A stretch of 64,000 nucleotides of DNA from Macrostomum lignano (taxonomy: Eukaryota), in contig NIVC01000025.1 of assembly GCA_002269645.1 (NCBI GenBank), forward strand, positions 372,001 to 436,000, in the 5' to 3' direction. The translations under genes and the position numbers were made by a program. Position 1 is the first letter of the stretch; each line of letters starts with the position of its first letter. Shown here piece after piece: positions 43,122 to 54,330 of this stretch. The notes beneath the pieces were generated by a model. That model made no database searches. It saw nothing but the letters and a program-made list of their open reading frames with translations, and was not told where the DNA came from.

Positions 43122-44862
43122 TCTCCCACACCAAGATTAATAAATTTTGCTATTGCTATCACAACTTTTAAATAAATAATAGTTAGAAGTTTCTGCTAAA
43201 AGCCGGAAAAGAAACTTCGAAAGCTGTTAGTTTCATATTATTATTAATTATGTTAATTCTATCTAGACGTCATTCAAATTTATTATTGTGTAGTATAATA
43301 TAAAGGACGTAGGGCAAGTAGCTAAATGTTTATTTAGTTAAAAGAAATAAGTTTTGCGGAGTATTGATTGCACTATTTCTTACTCCATATTTTTTACGAT
43401 GTTATAAGGGAAACTTTAAAAAACGATGCGGCAGCCTAATTACATATTCTATTTGCAATTCGGTTTACTCATTATTTTTTTCATTGCATTTCCTTTAATT
43501 CCTGATTTATTTCTTAGAAAGTTTTCTATTTGAAATACACATGAACGCTTTAGCAAAAAATAACAAGCTTTAAACTTTTATTTCTACTGATTGAAATGCT
43601 GCATAAATTCAAGACATTTTCTGGATGAATATTATCTTTAAAAACTACTAACATAGTACCGTTTTAAATTGCTTGAGAAGTAATTCCGGAATTTTAACAG
43701 TTACTAACGTATTACCGACTACCCCACGTATGGACGGTGACAGTGCAAGTTAGTAGCAATACCGGCATACGAATTGCGGAACCGGTCGTTTTAAAATATA
43801 CTTTTATATATTTATGCACCGAATATAGTGAGCACTCAACCTGGACTAATGATTGTATGATCTACATATATGCATTGTGTATACGTAGCAACAAAATACG
43901 TATTACATCTATTATCATACTACATTAATTACTTGATCATATACACATACCAGCGGCGTACCCAGGATTTTCCTTTGGGGTTCAGTTGAAAAAATCGCTG
44001 CAATTTTGCTTTTACAGCTTAATTGACGGAACGGATTACGATCGAATTACATTTGTGGTGCACATGTACAAGTAGCTTCTGGTTTGTCAGCTCTTACGTG
44101 CCAGCGGCCCAACCCGCATTATTTCAAGTGCAAATCATTAATTTGGGCCTAAATTGGTATTTCTACAGAACAACCCCCCCCCCCTAGGCACAGTAAGGTT
44201 TATACGCCTAAACGATAATAAATGTAAATTCGTATAGCTTTTAATTATCGCCCACCATATACTTTCTTATACGTGTAGCCTTAGACTGAAAAAAAACTTC
44301 TCAAAATTATGCCGTTTCGTAGAGTAATTGACTCACAGGAAAATTGGATCGGACTTGAAATCTAGACGGGTCTCTCGGAATCCTACAATTGGTTTACAAT
44401 TGCTCGAATTGCTGACGTCCAACCCCCCACCAAAAGCCAGGAGTTTATTCAATGGGTTAGTGAGGTACTGCGGTAGGTTCTGCCAAAAGAAACGTAATAC
44501 ATATAAAAGAAGCACATGTGCGTGTCGGCTAACACTGAATGAACTATCAAATTGAGTCGCAGTATGGTAAGTCTCGATGTAATGTACACTTCACCAACAC
44601 ACGCAGCGGCTGTGAATAAAAATAAAAATGCTCATTTTAATACGAATAATGCATGTTACTGTATATAACCACGCAGTCCATAAAAATCTACCGTAAAACT
44701 TCAATACAAAGTCAATGTGCGCTTAAGAGCCTTACTATGGTTTTTAAGTAAAAACACTACTGAATATTGTACATGCACCTGTTGATCAAACAAAACAACG
44801 CACTGTGAAACCTAAATTCAGGAAATGATAACTCAAATAGTTCTCCATCACCAAAAGCGCAG

Positions 44863-45167
44863 CTAATCGGACACCGAGTAGACGGAATTGATTCCCTCGC
44901 CCCCGCATTTCTGGTTCATATCCCCGGGACAGGGAGTGCTGCACATAAAGTGTGCCGCTTTCCCGTAGCGCCCAAAAGTGCTGCCGCACCAGCAGGTGTT
45001 CCCTTGCAAGCCGAAGAAGCCAAAGTTTTGTGCCTTGCAGGACTTGTCGCACAGGTCCGCGGTCAGGTCTTCGCTTGTGCCGCCCATGATGGGCAGATCT
45101 CTGTCCAGTCCATTGTCACTGTAGCAGCCTCGGAACTGCGGAGTGGGCACTTCTACTTTCTTCTTGC
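44863..45167 (-). CDS. WSC (carbohydrate-binding) domain terminal exon; upstream exon(s) not identified
   Basis: FRGCYSD..RDL...LTADLCDKSC...FFGLQ..CWCG...CSTPCPGD..QKCGG...SVY with WSC cysteine spacing; acceptor AATATAG| at 45167. Confidence 0.82.
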
Positions 45168-45517
45168 CTATATTGATGGAGTTTGAAGCGTGTTATTCGA
45201 ATGCCTCATTCTGCACACGGGAACTACTCAAGTAGGACTGGAAACTACACGTTTCTAGGAAGTTTAAGGAAGCAGGTTTTACCGAAAAATACATTGTTTT
45301 CATTGTTTCAGTAAAAGTTGCTAATTGCTTCTGATACAGAATGATATAATAGATTCATAAAACCAATAAGTCGAGCTATCTGTGCCACTTTTATGATTTT
45401 TAGGCGCAGGACATGTGCGATGGTTTGTAGGATATGAGCAATATAAGAATTGAATAACATTTTCAAACATTTCAAACATTTCAAAAGATAGACATATTAC
45501 TGGATCTGCCTCCTATC

Positions 45518-45815
45518 CATACATGCGCAACCTCCAAAATTCGGTCGGCCATGCGACTTAGTTTTAACAAAAATGCGACGTAGTTTTTGGCCAAAAATGC
45601 GACTTGCATGTAAAAAAACCCTAAAGCAAAATCAACGCAACTTTGGGTAAACGGCAGGAGTAACTATGACTGTCTTATTAAGTAAAAATGCCTCGTCATC
45701 TACTTAGTACTACTACTTTGGTATTTTTTTGGGTGGGCATTTTTGCGACTTTCTTGATTGGCCGCCAAATCGGTCGGCCGGATCGGCCGACTCGGCCGAC
45801 TGTTGCGCATGTATG
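45518..45815. mobile_element. hAT-type MITE, 298 bp
   Basis: Perfect 14-bp TIR CATACATGCGCAAC / GTTGCGCATGTATG; perfect 8-bp TSD CTCCTATC at 45510-45517 and 45816-45823. Confidence 0.9.
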
Positions 45816-46739
45816 CTCCTATCAAAAGCAATAAAAGATTTTGGGCTGAAAGAAAACTCCATTCTCCGCAATGTATTTTTCGGCTATACCTTGCCTCCTA
45901 AAAAATTCCAAGAAACGTCACAGTTTATCGTCCGACACTCTGAATAGAATAAAACTTTATAAAGCACGCATGAACAAAGCAACTTACACGCATAGGCTAG
46001 ACAAAAAATGGTTGTCAGTAGAAATACCAAAAATGAAATTCGAGCATCGAGTCCATGCATTGTAGATCGACCGCTCGCGAGTGCAACTATCTCTTGAAGG
46101 GATTTGACAGCATTATGATATTCTACAAAAAGAGGACTGCATCAAATCTCAATTGCCACAGACAAAACATCTTTGTATAGAAGCAAAAGCTAAAAATAGA
46201 AAACTTTGCACTATAGCGTAAAACCGACGATAAAAAGCCAATGAAAGACTAAATTGAAAAACTGATAGAAACGCTATTTAGGTGTTAATTTAACGTTACT
46301 GAAATTCTGCATTGCCATTCCCAGCGCATTCGAAGTTAGAGATTCAATTGTGAAGAAATCTGTTGTTGCGAGACGTCGAGCAGCTGAAACAAAAGACAAA
46401 CAATGAAGCATTCGGATTTTGGCCATATTTTCAAACTCGTATTGCTAACAGTTCAGACAAGTAGCGATGACAAGCAAAAATTTGTCTTATCGATATTGTC
46501 TTATCGATGGCTTTGTACCTGCAGTTGCTGCATTATGGATGGCCCTGACTTAATGTCATGGAGTTAGATAAAGACAAAGCCTGTGTACTACAGTGATTGG
46601 TGTAATAAAAGGCATGTGTTTACATCACTGCGAAAAATGTGGACTTTACGGCTGATATAAAATAAAAGTATATGTTTAAAAAATCAATGTGCTGCATACA
46701 ATTAATTAGGTGGATCCAAAGCTATGTCTAAAGATATAG

Positions 46740-47250
46740 TAGTGCCCCCAAAAGACAGGGGCGCCCACCAAGAGACAGGGGCGCCCACCAAGAGACAGCA
46801 GCGCCCACTAAGAGACAGGGGCGTCCACCGAAAGACAGGGGCGCCCACCAAAAGACAGGGGCACCCACCAAGAGACAGGGGCGCCCACCAAGAGACAGGG
46901 GCGCCCACTAAGAGACAGAGGCGCCCACCAAGAGACAGGGGCGCCCACCAAGAGACAGGGGCGCCCACTAAGAGACAGGGGTCACCCATCAAGAGACAGG
47001 GGCGAACATCAAGAGACAGGGGCGCCCACTAAGAGACAGGGGTCACCCATCAAGAGACAGGGGCGAACATCAAGAGACAGGGGCGAACACCAAGAGACAG
47101 GGGCGAACACCAAGAGACAGGGGTGACCCATCAAGAGACAGGGGTCACCCATCAAGAGACAGGGGTCACCCACCAAGAGACAGGGGTCACCCATCAAGAG
47201 ACAGGGGCGAACACCAAGAGACAGGGGTCACCCATCAAGAGACAGGGAGC
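46740..47250 (+). repeat. 20-21-bp minisatellite, ~24 copies
   Basis: CAAGAGACAGGGGCGCCCAC drifting to CAAGAGACAGGGGTCACCCAT. Confidence 0.93.
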
Positions 47251-48059
47251 GCGGCCCACCAAGTGCCATCAAGACAGCTCAGGTCGTCATTAAGACTACC
47301 GGATAGATAACTCTAATTGGAGTTTACTATTAAATATAATATGCCTTCTAGCAGGCTTTCGGTAGGGTCTCCAAGAATCAAAATCGACTTAACAGACTTA
47401 ACTTAACTGTCGTCTTAACAGACTAAAGCCAGAAGTGCGGCATATCACTTACTTTTCAGACTAAGATTTCACAGGATGCAAATCTGTCAGGATTTAAGGC
47501 AATAAAATAAATTAAAAGAGATACAATACAGATAGCACAAATGATCGAAGTTAATATTTTAATTGGAAATAAAAAAGTAAAAAAAAGTTTTTCTGACTTA
47601 CCAAACATGAAACTTTAGGATGAAGTTGGCCGTTTCGATAGTACAAACATAAATAATATTCGATCTTATTAAGATATATCTAAGACAAGACAATAGACAC
47701 ATTAATAATTACGTTAATCATTCATTGAAATTTCTACAGCAAGAATCCAGTCATGACTGGACTTATGAATTAATCCTTCCTGCTATCTCGGACAACGTTA
47801 GAATCATGTATGTCAGTGTCATTTTGTGTTGTGAAATTTCCACTGGCCCGTAAAAGGGCCGTTTTAACCATAGAGTTCTAATAACATAGAACGTTCAGCA
47901 GCCTACTAACTAGCAGAGGCAGTAGAGTAGAACGCATGTGAATATGCGAGGCCGTGGTGTGAGTGGAAAGAAGGGCCATTTTTTGCGCCATGTTTGACAA
48001 AGTGAATTACCTGGGCTAATTTTATGTATATTATTATCCAATCTTCAACCTAATGTCTG

Positions 48060-51000
48060 TACCCTCCTGTCTTGAACCTCCTGTCTTGATTGTCCTGTCT
48101 TGACCCTCCTGTCTTGATTCTCATGTCTTGACCCTCCTGTCTTGATTCTCCTGTCTTGACCCTCCTGTCTTGATTCTCCTGTCTTGACCCTCCTGTCTTG
48201 ATTCTCCTGTCTTGACCCTCCTGTCTTGACCCTCCTGTCTTGACCCTCCTGTCTTGATTCTCCTGTCTTGACCCTCCTGTCTTGATTATCCTGTCTTCAC
48301 CCTCCTGTCTTGATTCTCCTGTCTTGACCCTCCTGTCTTGACCCTCCTGTCTTGAACATCCTGTCTTGATTGTCCTGTCTTGACCCTCCTGTCTTGATTC
48401 TCCTGTCTTGACCCTCCTGTCTTGATTCTCCTGTCTTGACCCTCCTGTCTTGATTCTCCTGTCTTGACCCTCCTGTCTTGACCCTCCTGTCTTGACCCTC
48501 CTGTCTTGATTCTCCTGTCTTGACCCTCCTGTCTTGATTCTCGGCCTGTCTTGATCCTCCTGTCTTGACCCTCCTGTCTTGACCCTCCTGTCTTGATTCT
48601 CCTGTCTTGACCCTCCTGTCTTGAACCTCCTGTCTTGATTGTCCTGTCTTGACCCTCCTGTCTTGATTCTCCTGTCTTGACCCTCCTGTCTTGATTCTCC
48701 TGTCTTGACCCTCCTGTCTTGATTCTCCTGTCTTGACCCTCCTGTCTTGATTCTCGGCCTGTCTTGATCCTCCTGTCTTGACCCTCCTGTCTTGACCCTC
48801 CTGTCTTGATTCTCCTGTCTTGATCCTCCTGTCTTGACCCTCCTGTCTTGACCCTCCTGTCTTGATTCTCCTGTCTTGACCCTCCTGTCTTGATTCTCCT
48901 GTCTTGACCCTCCTGTCTTGATTCTCGGCCTGTCTTGATCCTCCTGTCTTGACCCTCCTGTCTTGACCCTCCTGTCTTGATTCTCCTGTCTTGATTCTCC
49001 TGTCTTGACCCTCCTGTCTTGACCCTCCTGTCTTGACCCTCCTGTCTTTATTCTCCTGGCTTGATTCTCCTGTCTTGACCCTCCTGTCTTGAACCTCCTG
49101 TCTTGATTGTCCTGTCTTGACCCTCCTGTCTTGATTCTCCTGTCTTGACCCTCCTGTCTTGATTCTCCTGTCTTGACCCTCCTGTCTTGATTCTCCTGTC
49201 TTGACCCTCCTGTCTTGACCCTCCTGTCTTGACCCTCCTGTCTTGATTCTCCTGTCTTGACCCTCCTGTCTTGATTCTCGGCCTGTCTTGATCCTCCTGT
49301 CTTGACCCTCCTGTCTTGACCCTCCTGTCTTGATTCTCCTGTCTTGACCCTCCTGTCTTGAACCTCCTGTCTTGATTGTCCTGTCTTGACCCTCCTGTCT
49401 TGATTCTCCTGTCTTGACCCTCCTGTCTTGATTCTCCTGTCTTGACCCTCCTGTCTTGATTCTCGGCCTGTCTTGATCCTCCTGTCTTGATTCTCGGCCT
49501 GTCTTGATCCTCCTGTCTTGACCCTCCTGTCTTGACCCTCCTGTCTTGATTCTCCTGTCTTGATCCTCCTGTCTTGACCCTCCTGTCTTGACCCTCCTGT
49601 CTTGATTCTCCTGTCTTGACCCTCCTGTCTTGATTCTCCTGTCTTGACCCTCCTGTCTTGATTCTCGGCCTGTCTTGATCCTCCTGTCTTGACCCTCCTG
49701 TCTTGACCCTCCTGTCTTGATTCTCCTGTCTTGATTCTCCTGTCTTGACCCTCCTGTCTTGACCCTCCTGTCTTGATTGTCCTGTCTTGACCCTCCTGTC
49801 TTGATTCTCGGCCTGTCTTGATCCTCCTGTCTTGACCCTCCTGTCTTGACCCTCCTGTCTTGATTCTCCTGTCTTGACCCTCCTGTCTTGAACCTCCTGT
49901 CTTGATTGTCCTGTCTTGACCCTCCTGTCTTGATTCTCCTGTCTTGACCCTCCTGTCTTGATTCTCCTGTCTTGACCCTCCTGTCTTGATTCTCGGCCTG
50001 TCTTGATCCTCCTGTCTTGATTCTCGGCCTGTCTTGATCCTCCTGTCTTGACCCTCCTGTCTTGACCCTCCTGTCTTGATTCTCCTGTCTTGATCCTCCT
50101 GTCTTGACCCTCCTGTCTTGACCCTCCTGTCTTGATTCTCCTGTCTTGACCCTCCTGTCTTGATTCTCCTGTCTTGACCCTCCTGTCTTGATTCTCGGCC
50201 TGTCTTGATCCTCCTGTCTTGACCCTCCTGTCTTGACCCTCCTGTCTTGATTCTCCTGTCTTGATTCTCCTGTCTTGACCCTCCTGTCTTGACCCTCCTG
50301 TCTTGACCCTCCTGTCTTGATTCTCCTGTCTTGATTCTCCTGTCTTGACCCTCCTGTCTTGATTCTCCTGTCTTGACCCTCCTGTCTTGATTCTCGGCCT
50401 GTCTTGATCCTCCTGTCTTGATTCTCGGCCTGTCTTGATCCTCCTGTCTTGACCCTCCTGTCTTGACCCTCCTGTCTTGATTCTCCTGTCTTGATCCTCC
50501 TGTCTTGACCCTCCTGTCTTGACCCTCCTGTCTTGATTCTCCTGTCTTGACCCTCCTGTCTTGATTCTCCTGTCTTGACCCTCCTGTCTTGATTCTCGGC
50601 CTGTCTTGATCCTCCTGTCTTGACCCTCCTGTCTTGACCCTCCTGTCTTGATTCTCCTGTCTTGACCCTCCTGTCTTGACCCTCCTGTCTTGACCCTCCT
50701 GTCTTGATTCTCCTGGCTTGATTCTCCTGTCTTGACCCTCCTGTCTTGAACCTCCTGTCTTGATTGTCCTGTCTTGACCCTCCTGTCTTGATTCTCATGT
50801 CTTGACCCTCCTGTCTTGATTCTCCTGTCTTGACCCTCCTGTCTTGATTCTCCTGTCTTGACCCTCCTGTCTTGATTCTCCTGTCTTGACCCTCCTGTCT
50901 TGACCCTCCTGTCTTGACCCTCCTGTCTTGATTATCCTGTCTTGACCCTCCTGTCTTGATTCTCCTGTCTTGACCCTCCTGTCTTGATTCTCCTGTCTTG

Positions 51001-53325
51001 ACCCTCCTGTCTTGAACCTCCTGTCTTGATTGTCCTGTCTTGACCCTCCTGTCTTGATTCTCCTGTCTTGACCCTCCTGTCTTGATTCTCCTGTCTTGAC
51101 CCTCCTGTCTTGATTCTCCTGTCTTGACCCTCCTGTCTTGACCCTCCTGTCTTGACCCTCCTGTCTTGATTCTCCTGTCTTGACCCTCCTGTCTTGATTC
51201 TCGGCCTGTCTTGATCCTCCTGTCTTGACCCTCCTGTCTTGACCCTCCTGTCTTGATTCTCCTGTCTTGACCCTCCTGTCTTGAACCTCCTGTCTTGATT
51301 GTCCTGTCTTGACCCTCCTGTCTTGATTCTCCTGTCTTGACCCTCCTGTCTTGATTCTCCTGTCTTGACCCTCCTGTCTTGATTCTCCTGTCTTGACCCT
51401 CCTGTCTTGATTCTCGGCCTGTCTTGATCCTCCTGTCTTGACCCTCCTGTCTTGACCCTCCTGTCTTGATTCTCCTGTCTTGATCCTCCTGTCTTGACCC
51501 TCCTGTCTTGACCCTCCTGTCTTGATTCTCCTGTCTTGACCCTCCTGTCTTGATTCTCCTGTCTTGACCCTCCTGTCTTGATTCTCGGCCTGTCTTGATC
51601 CTCCTGTCTTGACCCTCCTGTCTTGACCCTCCTGTCTTGATTCTCCTGTCTTGATTCTCCTGTCTTGACCCTCCTGTCTTGACCCTCCTGTCTTGACCCT
51701 CCTGTCTTGATTCTCCTGGCTTGATTCTCCTGTCTTGACCCTCCTGTCTTGACCCTCCTGTCTTGATTCTCCTGTCTTGACCCTCCTGTCTTGATTCTCC
51801 TGTCTTGACCCTCCTGTCTTGATTCTCGGCCTGTCTTGATTCTCCTGTCTTGACCCTCCTGTCTTGATTCTCGGCCTGTCTTGATTCTCCTGTCTTGACC
51901 CTCCTGTCTTGACCCTCCTGTCTTGATTCTCCTGTCTTGACCCTCCTGTCTTGATTCTCCTGGCTTGATTCTCCTGTCTTGACCCTCCTGTCTTGATTCT
52001 CCTGGCTTGATTCTCCTGTCTTGACCCTCCTGTCTTGATTCTCCTGTCTTAATCCTCCTGTCTTGATTCTCCTGGCTTGACCCTCCTGTCTTGATTCTCC
52101 TGGCTTGATTCTCCTGTCTTGACCCTCCTGTCTTGATTCTCCTGGCTTGATTCTCCTGTCTTGACCCTCCTGTCTTGATTCTCCTGTCTTGATTCTCCTG
52201 TCTTGATTCTCCTGGCTTGATTCTCCTGTCTTGACCCTCCTGTCTTGATTCTCGGCCTGTCTTGATTCTCCTGTCTTGACCCTCCTGTCTTGACCCTCCT
52301 GTCTTGATTCTCCTGTCTTGACCCTCCTGTCTTGATTCTCCTGTCTTGATTCTCCTGTCTTGATTCTCCTGGCTTGATTCTCCTGTCTTGACCCTCCTGT
52401 ATTGACCCTCCTGTCTTGATTCTCCTGTCTTGACCCTCCTGTCTTGATTCTCGGCCTGTCTTGATTCTCCTGTCTTGACCCTCCTGTCTTGACCCTCCTG
52501 TCTTGATTCTCCTGTCTTGATTCTCCTGTCTTGACCCTCCTGTCTTGATTCTCCTGTCTTGATTCTCCTGTCTTGATTCTCCTGGCTTGATTCTCCTGTC
52601 TTGATTCTCCTGTCTTGATTCTCCTGTCTTGACCCTCCTGTCTTGATTCTCCTGTCTTGATCCTCCTGTCTTGATTCTCCTGTCTTGATTCTCCTGTCTT
52701 GACCCTCCTGTCTTGATTCTCCTGTCTTGATTCTCCTGTCTTGACCCTCCTGTCTTGATTCTCCTGGCTTGATTCTCCTGGCTTGACCCTCCTGTCTTGA
52801 TTCTCCTGTCTTAATCCTCCTGTCTTGATTCTCCTGGCTTGACCCTCCTGTCTTGATTCTCCTGTCTTGATTCTCCTGTCTTGACCCTCCTGTCTTGATT
52901 CTCCTGGCTTGATTCTCCTGTCTTGACCCTCCTGTCTTGATTCTCCTGTCTTGATTCTCCTGTCTTGATTCTCCTGTCTTGATTCTCCTGTCTTGATTCT
53001 CCTGTCTTGATCCTCCTGTCTTGATTCTCCTGTCTTGATCCTCCTGTTTTGATTCTCCTGTCTTGATTCTCCTGTCTTGATTCTCCTGTCTTGATCCTCC
53101 TGTCTTGATTCTCCTGTCTTGATCCTCCTGTCTTGACCCTCCTGTCTTGATCCTCCTGTCTTGATTCTCCTGTCTTGATCCTCCTGTCTTGATTCTCCTG
53201 TCTTGATCCTCCTGTCTTGATTCTCCTGTCTTGACCCTCCTGTCTTGACCCTCCTGTCTTGATCCTCCTGTCTTGATCCTCCTGTCTTGATCCTCCTGTC
53301 TTGATTCTCCTGTCTTGATCCTCCT
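48060..53325 (+). repeat. 15-bp satellite, ~5.3 kb (~350 monomers), with higher-order structure
   Basis: Invariant CCTGTCTTGA core plus a variable pentamer (TTCTC, CCCTC, TCCTC, TTGTC, ACCTC) and occasional 17-mers. Confidence 0.98.
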
Positions 53326-54022
53326 GCCTGCACTCTCCAACTTTTTGTCTGTTTCATTACCGTTACAGTTTACACAAAGAAACAAACCAGTTTATAATAT
53401 TTCGCGCCATAGATTACCAAGAAATTTGCGCCTAACTCACGCCACTGATGCGAGGCTATTGATATGTTTGCTCTTCGAAGAGGTCCAGTTATTGAAATAC
53501 AAAGGAAGCCAGAATGCTTCCGTGCGCCCTGTATGAAGAGTGATTTGCAAGCACAAATAAACTGCGTTACGTTCGATACTAAACAGAACAGTCAGGCTAC
53601 CTAAGAATGTATCATTTACAAAACATCTGACAGGAAATTTATATAACAACCTGAGCTCAAGTGACACTAGTGACAAGTCCAAAATATGAGTACACATAGC
53701 AAGTAACCTTAGACACAAACGTACTTAAAACTCACTTAGTATGTGCACTGAATAAATATTCTTATCATTCCAGGGGTGTGTGAGTTACGAGATTTAAGAT
53801 AGAAAAGCAGATTCAAGCACTTAAGTTCCTGCATAATCATAAAGTACAGCTGCCTAACACCATGCAATTACCTTTACTGTGCTGCAATACAAATATTAAT
53901 ACAAATAGCCGATGCAAATCTGTGGCTGTTTATGCAACGCACCATTTAAGCATCTGCCATCCCCTGCTCCCTAAAATACTTACTGAATCCATCTTTACCA
54001 ACATCTTTTTAGTCATACAATT

Positions 54023-54330
54023 GGGGATAGTAAGCCTAGCGGTTAGAGCGTCGTACTAACGACTGAAAGGTCAGGGATTCGATTCTCCACCCACTCAGAA
54101 TAAATCACATCCTTGAGCAAGACACTTAACTCTGCATTGCTTCAGTTCACTTAACTGTAAAATGGGTGCCAGCATTAGCTGGGGTAATTGAGGGTGCGTA
54201 TGGCGACCCCCCAGCCCTTGGACTGAACAGCAGTACACAAGTCCGCACAAAACATATGCGGCTGAGCTGGCGGTTGTACAGCTTAGATAAACAAATTACC
54301 TTTTTGAAAATAAAAGTAATATTTACTTCC
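54023..54330 (+). mobile_element. tRNA-derived SINE with a CORE-like central domain
   Basis: A box TAGCGGTTAGAG (54037), B box GGATTCGATTC (54075), then CCTTGAGCAAGACACTTAAC...TCAGTT...CTGTAAAATGGG (54111-54166), like the recalled MIR CORE; 3' end approximate. Confidence 0.75.

Noticed and set aside
43948-44195. Possible MITE starting CAGCGGCGTACCCAGG and ending near a poly-C run
   Set aside because: Right terminus too degenerate, and no TSD found
46740-47250. Inverted-repeat relationship with the 15-bp satellite (shared AGACAGG)
   Set aside because: Only a 7-nt core is shared and the unit lengths differ; likely coincidence
48297-53385. 1686-aa and 817-aa ORFs
   Set aside because: They consist wholly of the 15-bp satellite, slide between frames at 17-mers, and lack an ATG start or any domain
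54023-54095. tRNA gene
   Set aside because: A and B boxes are present but there is no acceptor-stem pairing or poly-T terminator; it continues into a SINE body
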